Positions 27,208 through 31,270 of a stretch of 31,270 nucleotides of DNA are shown piece after piece. The position numbers and the translations under genes are program-made. The notes below the pieces were generated by a model. It did not search any database and had not been told where the DNA came from. It saw only the letters and a list, made by a program, of their open reading frames with translations. The DNA comes from Deinococcales bacterium (GTDB lineage: Bacteria > Deinococcota > Deinococci > Deinococcales > JAAFIG01), in the NCBI GenBank assembly GCA_043778225.1, contig JAYWGM010000036.1, positions 1-31,270 of the forward strand. The letters are read 5' to 3'. The first letter of the stretch is position 1. The number at the start of each line of letters is the position of its first letter.

Positions 27208-27564
27208 TTACTCGTTTTCAGAAACATGGCTGTTGTGCTGTGCCACCAGCTTCCAAGCCTCTCCAACGCGGGTAAACACAAAGGTCGAGCGCCCAAACCA
27301 TAAACTCGAGTCTTGATTGCCCGGATATTGAAATTCACAAAAGACCAAACAAACGTGTTCGAGCATTTCAAATTCGATATTGCGAAACTGCAAACTGGTA
27401 AAGACTGGATTTTTGAGGATTCCTTTAATCCGCTGCCCCTTATTCTGATGCCGTGCCACGGTGCTGGTAAAGCGAAAATTCTCGGCGATTAATCCATCGA
27501 GAACAACCGCATCTTGGGCATTTAAGGCTTGAAGCAGCGAATCAAAAGTCTCTTTTAAGCTCAT
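27208..27564 (-). CDS. NTF2-like (DUF4440/SnoaL) protein
   Basis: 118 aa. ALNAQD...LIAENF, with C-terminal TFVF...WKLVAQHNS. Confidence 0.8.
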   Translation of the reverse strand: MSLKETFDSLLQALNAQDAVVLDGLIAENFRFTSTVARHQNKGQRIKGILKNPVFTSLQFRNIEFEMLEHVCLVFCEFQYPGNQDSSLWFGRSTFVFTRVGEAWKLVAQHNSHVSENE

Positions 27565-28388
27565 AACACAGACTCTACAAGTCCACCGACCCGAACAGCA
27601 AGCGCCATGCTATCTCGAGAAAAAAACCGCGCCCTAAGCTCGGAGGGTTTGTCCATCTGGAAGCCCTGAGCCGCCACCAAATCATGCACCCCACTCGGCA
27701 TATGTGCTGCCTTATACCCGCAAAGGCTGGCAAGACTAAACGAACCCGCATTGTCCTCGAGCAAACCCTTGTGCGGCGCAAAAAAACGATACTCGAGATT
27801 GGCGCGGCTCGAGGTAAACGACACCACAATACAGCCATTCAAGTTATGAATTTTGAGTAATTGACCCAGCACCTCAAAATTTGGGCTAAACTCAAGCGCA
27901 GATTCACGCACAGGCACGATTACATTATGCTTCTCGAGCGTCCCAGCACACAACACCGAAAGTTCAGTCTCGAGGTCGGAAATTTGTAGATTCAACGCCT
28001 CGAGCCACGGTAAGCTCTCTGACGGCAATGGCAAAATATGCGTATCGGGCTGGGCAGCCCACGCAATCCCATCTTTTATTTCCACCTCGAGAATACTGGC
28101 TTGCATTTGCACGGTGCAATTTTGCCCAAGGTGATGCGCCACGACCAACGCCCCAGAATCGGACTCGAGCTTTTCTTTGCCTGCATTGGTAAAAAAACGG
28201 ACTAAAACAGCTTTGGCATGGTTGGGCGAGGCAAGCCTAGCCCCTACGGGTTTTGTGATGAATGCTGTGATAGGCGCGTTGCTCGAGACCGCTATTTCGG
28301 GCATGATGGATTCTGGCGTGGGTTCATCAATAATTGCAAAACGCTTACCGCCGTTGGCAGCAGCCTTGAAGACATCGTAATATTTCAC
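27561..28388 (-). CDS. Divergent PhzF/DAP-epimerase-fold protein with degenerate active-site motifs
   Basis: YYDVF...GGK, VRFFT..E, RFFAP.KG..ED, AQGFQMDKPS, VRVGG. The usual CGH is replaced by SDS. GTGA overlap with the upstream gene. Confidence 0.75.
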   Translation of the reverse strand: MKYYDVFKAAANGGKRFAIIDEPTPESIMPEIAVSSNAPITAFITKPVGARLASPNHAKAVLVRFFTNAGKEKLESDSGALVVAHHLGQNCTVQMQASILEVEIKDGIAWAAQPDTHILPLPSESLPWLEALNLQISDLETELSVLCAGTLEKHNVIVPVRESALEFSPNFEVLGQLLKIHNLNGCIVVSFTSSRANLEYRFFAPHKGLLEDNAGSFSLASLCGYKAAHMPSGVHDLVAAQGFQMDKPSELRARFFSRDSMALAVRVGGLVESVL

Positions 28389-28864
28389 CACGGAACTTCC
28401 TCGGCTGACCCACTTAGCCAAAGCTCCGAAGAGTTACCTTTGTGCCATTCTTTTGGTTCTTTAATCCATACCAGTTCAGCTTCAAGGCGAACATTGACAA
28501 TCCCAAAATCGTGTTCGGTCTCTAAATTCAGGGTTGAATCAGCTAATTCATCAGCACCCCGCAAATAGGTAAATATTGCAAATAATCCAAAGTAATAGTT
28601 TTCTCGAGTAGCAAGTTCGTCTTGATCGTAGACCTCGACCCAAAAATCTTCTCGTTCAGAATTTAAGACATATGCAATCAGAGTGGATTGAAAAGTGGAA
28701 GCCAAGCCCATCATTGAATGATAATCAAACCAGTCTTCATGTCCTCGAGCATCTATCACTGTTACGTTTTGAGAGTCGCCAGAAATTAAACTTGTTGCAT
28801 CGAATTCCTTGATGATTAGAGATTCTAACATTGCCTCAACATCTTGGTCTGTTGGTTCATTCAT
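28385..28864 (-). CDS. Acidic 159-aa protein resembling the PhzF N-terminal domain only
   Basis: Aligns by eye to the neighbour at 28861-29751: LET..FGIVNVRLEA..VW..P versus LETNLGIQNAKLEA..AW..P, and SSELWLSGSAEEV versus SSVWIGGKAMEV. Confidence 0.6.
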   Translation of the reverse strand: MNEPTDQDVEAMLESLIIKEFDATSLISGDSQNVTVIDARGHEDWFDYHSMMGLASTFQSTLIAYVLNSEREDFWVEVYDQDELATRENYYFGLFAIFTYLRGADELADSTLNLETEHDFGIVNVRLEAELVWIKEPKEWHKGNSSELWLSGSAEEVPW

Positions 28865-29751
28865 ACTTTGACCTCCATCGCCTTCCCACCAATCCAGACA
28901 CTAGAGACAGAACCATCCAGCACCTCACAGCGCACCTCGAGTTTTGAGGGTTGGCGCATGGCATAGCCTTGAGCGCCACTAAAAGAACGTTTCCCATTGT
29001 CAAAAAACTGATTTGCACCCAAATAAGCTGCTAATGCTGAGTGTGCGTTGCCTGTTGCTGCATCCTCAAGAACCGTGTTTTCTTGGACTGAGAAATGCCG
29101 AGAATCCGTAAAGCATCCGCCTCGGGCTGGGAAAGTAAAAATCATAATTCCAGTCGTGCCAGTCTCGAGACAAAGCGCTTTAATTTCCTCGAGATTTGGT
29201 TCGATGGCATCGAGTAAAATTGTGCTTGGGACGGCGCAGACTATTTTGCTTCGTCCAACTCCCGCACCCATAATCGGTAAGTCCTCGTGTAAATCTATTT
29301 CCTCGAGTCCAAGGGCAATTGCTACGGCTTCTCGCTCGAGCGTAATTGCCCAAGCACTTGGATTTGGATATTCGAGCCAAGCCGTTCCAGCCTCGAGTTT
29401 TGCATTTTGAATGCCCAGATTTGTCTCGAGTTGAAAAACATCTTTTGGTACTTCCCAGCCGTTCAATCCGCCTCGAGCTTGAATGGCTGTTAGCGCCGCG
29501 ATAGTGCCATGCCCACAAACATTTTCTTCGATGTAAGGCGTAAAAAACCGTAAACGAAGCGGTAGGGGAGACTCGTCCTCAAATAAAGTATCGGAAATAC
29601 CCACAAAAACCGTGGCAGGAGCGCCAATACTCGAGGCTAGTTCGATCATTTTGCGTTCAGATTCAAGGTTAAACCCAAAAACCACGGCGGCTCGATTCCC
29701 ACCTTTGCCATTGGTGGTAAACGCATTGAATTCTAGAATCTCGAGACTCAC
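28861..29751 (-). CDS. PhzF-family epimerase/isomerase
   Basis: NAFT..G.GGNRAAVV, LRFFTP..E..VCGHGT, EDAATGNA, QGYAMRQPS, VWIGG. Confidence 0.88.
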   Translation of the reverse strand: MSLEILEFNAFTTNGKGGNRAAVVFGFNLESERKMIELASSIGAPATVFVGISDTLFEDESPLPLRLRFFTPYIEENVCGHGTIAALTAIQARGGLNGWEVPKDVFQLETNLGIQNAKLEAGTAWLEYPNPSAWAITLEREAVAIALGLEEIDLHEDLPIMGAGVGRSKIVCAVPSTILLDAIEPNLEEIKALCLETGTTGIMIFTFPARGGCFTDSRHFSVQENTVLEDAATGNAHSALAAYLGANQFFDNGKRSFSGAQGYAMRQPSKLEVRCEVLDGSVSSVWIGGKAMEVKV

Positions 29752-30323
29752 GAATCTTCTGGCTCGGTGGCTGGTAAATTTTGATACAATTCGGACAGCA
29801 CAATTTCAAGCTCTAAACTCGAGAAGGTCAGCCGCATATCGCCCGAGATTCTCTCATAAATCCATTTGTTTTCTTGGCGCGAATAAATCTCGGCAACCGC
29901 TTCGTTCTGCGATAAAAGGACGTACTGCTCGAGTGATGCAATCGTTTGGTACTGCTCCCACTTCTCGCCACGGTCAATGGCTTCGGTGCTGCTGGACAGC
30001 ACTTCGACGATGATACTCGGACGCAAAACCGTTCGACTCGAGTCAAGGCTTGAATCGCACGTCACCATCAAGTCTGGGTAGTAACCCTTGCCACTTGGCA
30101 TTCGGGCAATCACATCATTAAAGTAAATCGAACAACCTTTAGCTTGCACGAAAGGCAAAAGTCGCGCACAAAGCATAATCCCAAGTGAATTGTGTCGTTT
30201 TGTGCCGCCAGCCATGACAAACAGATTACCATCTACGAATTCATGCCGCACCTGAGAAGTCATTTCAAAACGCACGTAATCTTCAAAAGTCAATTCGGTT
30301 TTAACAGGCGCAACTCGAGGCAT
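29748..30323 (-). CDS. Uma2 (DUF820) family endonuclease-like protein
   Basis: RHEFVDG..MAGG..RHN, YYPDLMV, EVLSSST..IDRGEK..Y. ATG 30323 preceded by TATACT-N6. Confidence 0.92.
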   Translation of the reverse strand: MPRVAPVKTELTFEDYVRFEMTSQVRHEFVDGNLFVMAGGTKRHNSLGIMLCARLLPFVQAKGCSIYFNDVIARMPSGKGYYPDLMVTCDSSLDSSRTVLRPSIIVEVLSSSTEAIDRGEKWEQYQTIASLEQYVLLSQNEAVAEIYSRQENKWIYERISGDMRLTFSSLELEIVLSELYQNLPATEPEDS

Positions 30324-30496
30324 GGCAGTAGTATACTGGATTGAAACAAATGCTGAATCAATCTTAGAAAAATACACTTGAATCCAAAATGATAGGCTTG
30401 AACCAGTGTTTACAGCGAATACAGTCTCGTGGGTTAGAGTTGTAAGCATTGGTGTTGTTCAGAATTAAGAATTTCATCAATTTAACACAACAGGCT

Positions 30497-31173
30497 TTAA
30501 CTAATAGGGTTTTCAACAAATGCTAAATCAAGGAATTCGATTTTTTTGGCACGATCTCCGAAATTTAGACCCCACTTTTTTTCCATAAATGATAAGAGTT
30601 TTAAAGACCTTTCTAATATTGCGTTTGGTGTCCATTTATCCTGTAAGGACACTTCGATTTCTGAATAACTTCCATATTTAAATCCAATTGTAGAATCATG
30701 GGACTGCACTTTTTCAGAGAAGCACTTATTGGATAGTGACGAATTTTTTGGTTGAGAGAGGGGAAGCAAATTACCAATTGCGTTACAAAGAATTCGTCTT
30801 TGGTTAAGTGTAAGATGATTAAAATCACTTTTCCAACAATTAGATGTCGCTTTTTGTGGGTATATATGCTCGATGGTTAATTTCCCTTGAAGGGTAGTGT
30901 TTAAGATTTCCCACTTCAACTTTTCATCTGGCGTTTTCGATTTTGTCTGGAGATTTGTTTCATATTCAAATAGAAAATACCTTATACCTTGCCAGTCATA
31001 CCAATTCATTTCATCTAAACTTTGCTTAATTCGGTCATAAAAATCACTGCTGTTTAGTGCTTGTGTATTTATATTTTCAATTTCTTTAATTATTTCTTCA
31101 GATTTCATATTATTAATTTTTATCTTTTTCCCTAAAACAGATAATTGACTTATACTCAGTAATGGTTCTCTTA
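30497..31173 (-). pseudogene. C-terminal DUF1524/HNH part of a GmrSD-like (DUF262-DUF1524) nuclease, interrupted by an IS
   Basis: TIEHIYPQ, IGNLLPLS..KNSSLSN, WT...I.ER. The frame stays open past Met 31108 up to the IS junction. AT-rich. Confidence 0.75.
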
Positions 31174-31270
31174 GAGCGTGTTTATAAAGTGGGTAAAGTC
31201 GGTCAGAATTAAGCTGTGAAACAAAAAACCCATACCAGTAGCCTTACCCGTGAACAGTTTAAGCGTCTCG
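31174..31270 (+). mobile_element. Left end of an IS5-family insertion sequence (continues beyond the window)
   Basis: TTA|GAGCGTGTTTATAAAGT resembles IS5-family termini and is followed by a transposase-like start. Confidence 0.7.
31216..31270 (+). CDS. IS5-family transposase N-terminus (partial)
   Basis: GTG start, MKQKTHTSSLTREQFKRL, resembling the YPSDLT.EQ(W/F) N-terminal motif. Confidence 0.65.
   Translation, partial: MKQKTHTSSLTREQFKRL

Noticed and set aside
27561..29751. Phenazine biosynthesis cluster
   Set aside because: No phzD/E/G homologs are present, and the PhzF catalytic Glu motif is missing.
30324..30449. N-terminal extension of the Uma2 ORF
   Set aside because: Family-like sequence starts at Met 30323, which has TATACT 6 nt upstream.
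1..31270. CTCGAG excess as a cloning or ligation (XhoI) artefact
   Set aside because: Sites sit inside intact conserved ORFs in all three frames without breaking protein motifs.

Overview
Gene-dense bacterial chromosome segment at roughly 50% GC by eye. It is probably from a Deinococcota (Deinococcales-like) organism, inferred from many leaderless TAnnnT-N5-6-start promoters, a Uma2 gene, fni and tandem OstA/LptA-like genes. It holds about 30 CDS: a multi-GAF/PAS histidine kinase, two MBL hydrolases, an MFS transporter, LptC/LptA/LptD-like proteins, hppA, an M20 amidohydrolase, fni, a GGDEF-EAL protein, and a coupled Uma2-PhzF-miniPhzF-PhzF-NTF2-Rrf2 cluster. At the right edge a GmrSD-like gene is interrupted by an IS5-family element. 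The most striking signal is the palindromic hexamer CTCGAG. I count about 200 copies by hand, versus about 8 expected. It occurs in all three reading frames and in intergenic DNA, forms a terminator stem, bounds a tandem duplication, and is nearly absent from the AT-rich flanks, which resembles a HIP1-like highly iterated palindrome. GGCC and GATC appear strongly avoided. Also present: a MITE-like element, a dispersed ~38-nt repeat, GTAG-REP-like hairpins and a 4x23-bp tandem repeat. All counts are manual and need computational confirmation.
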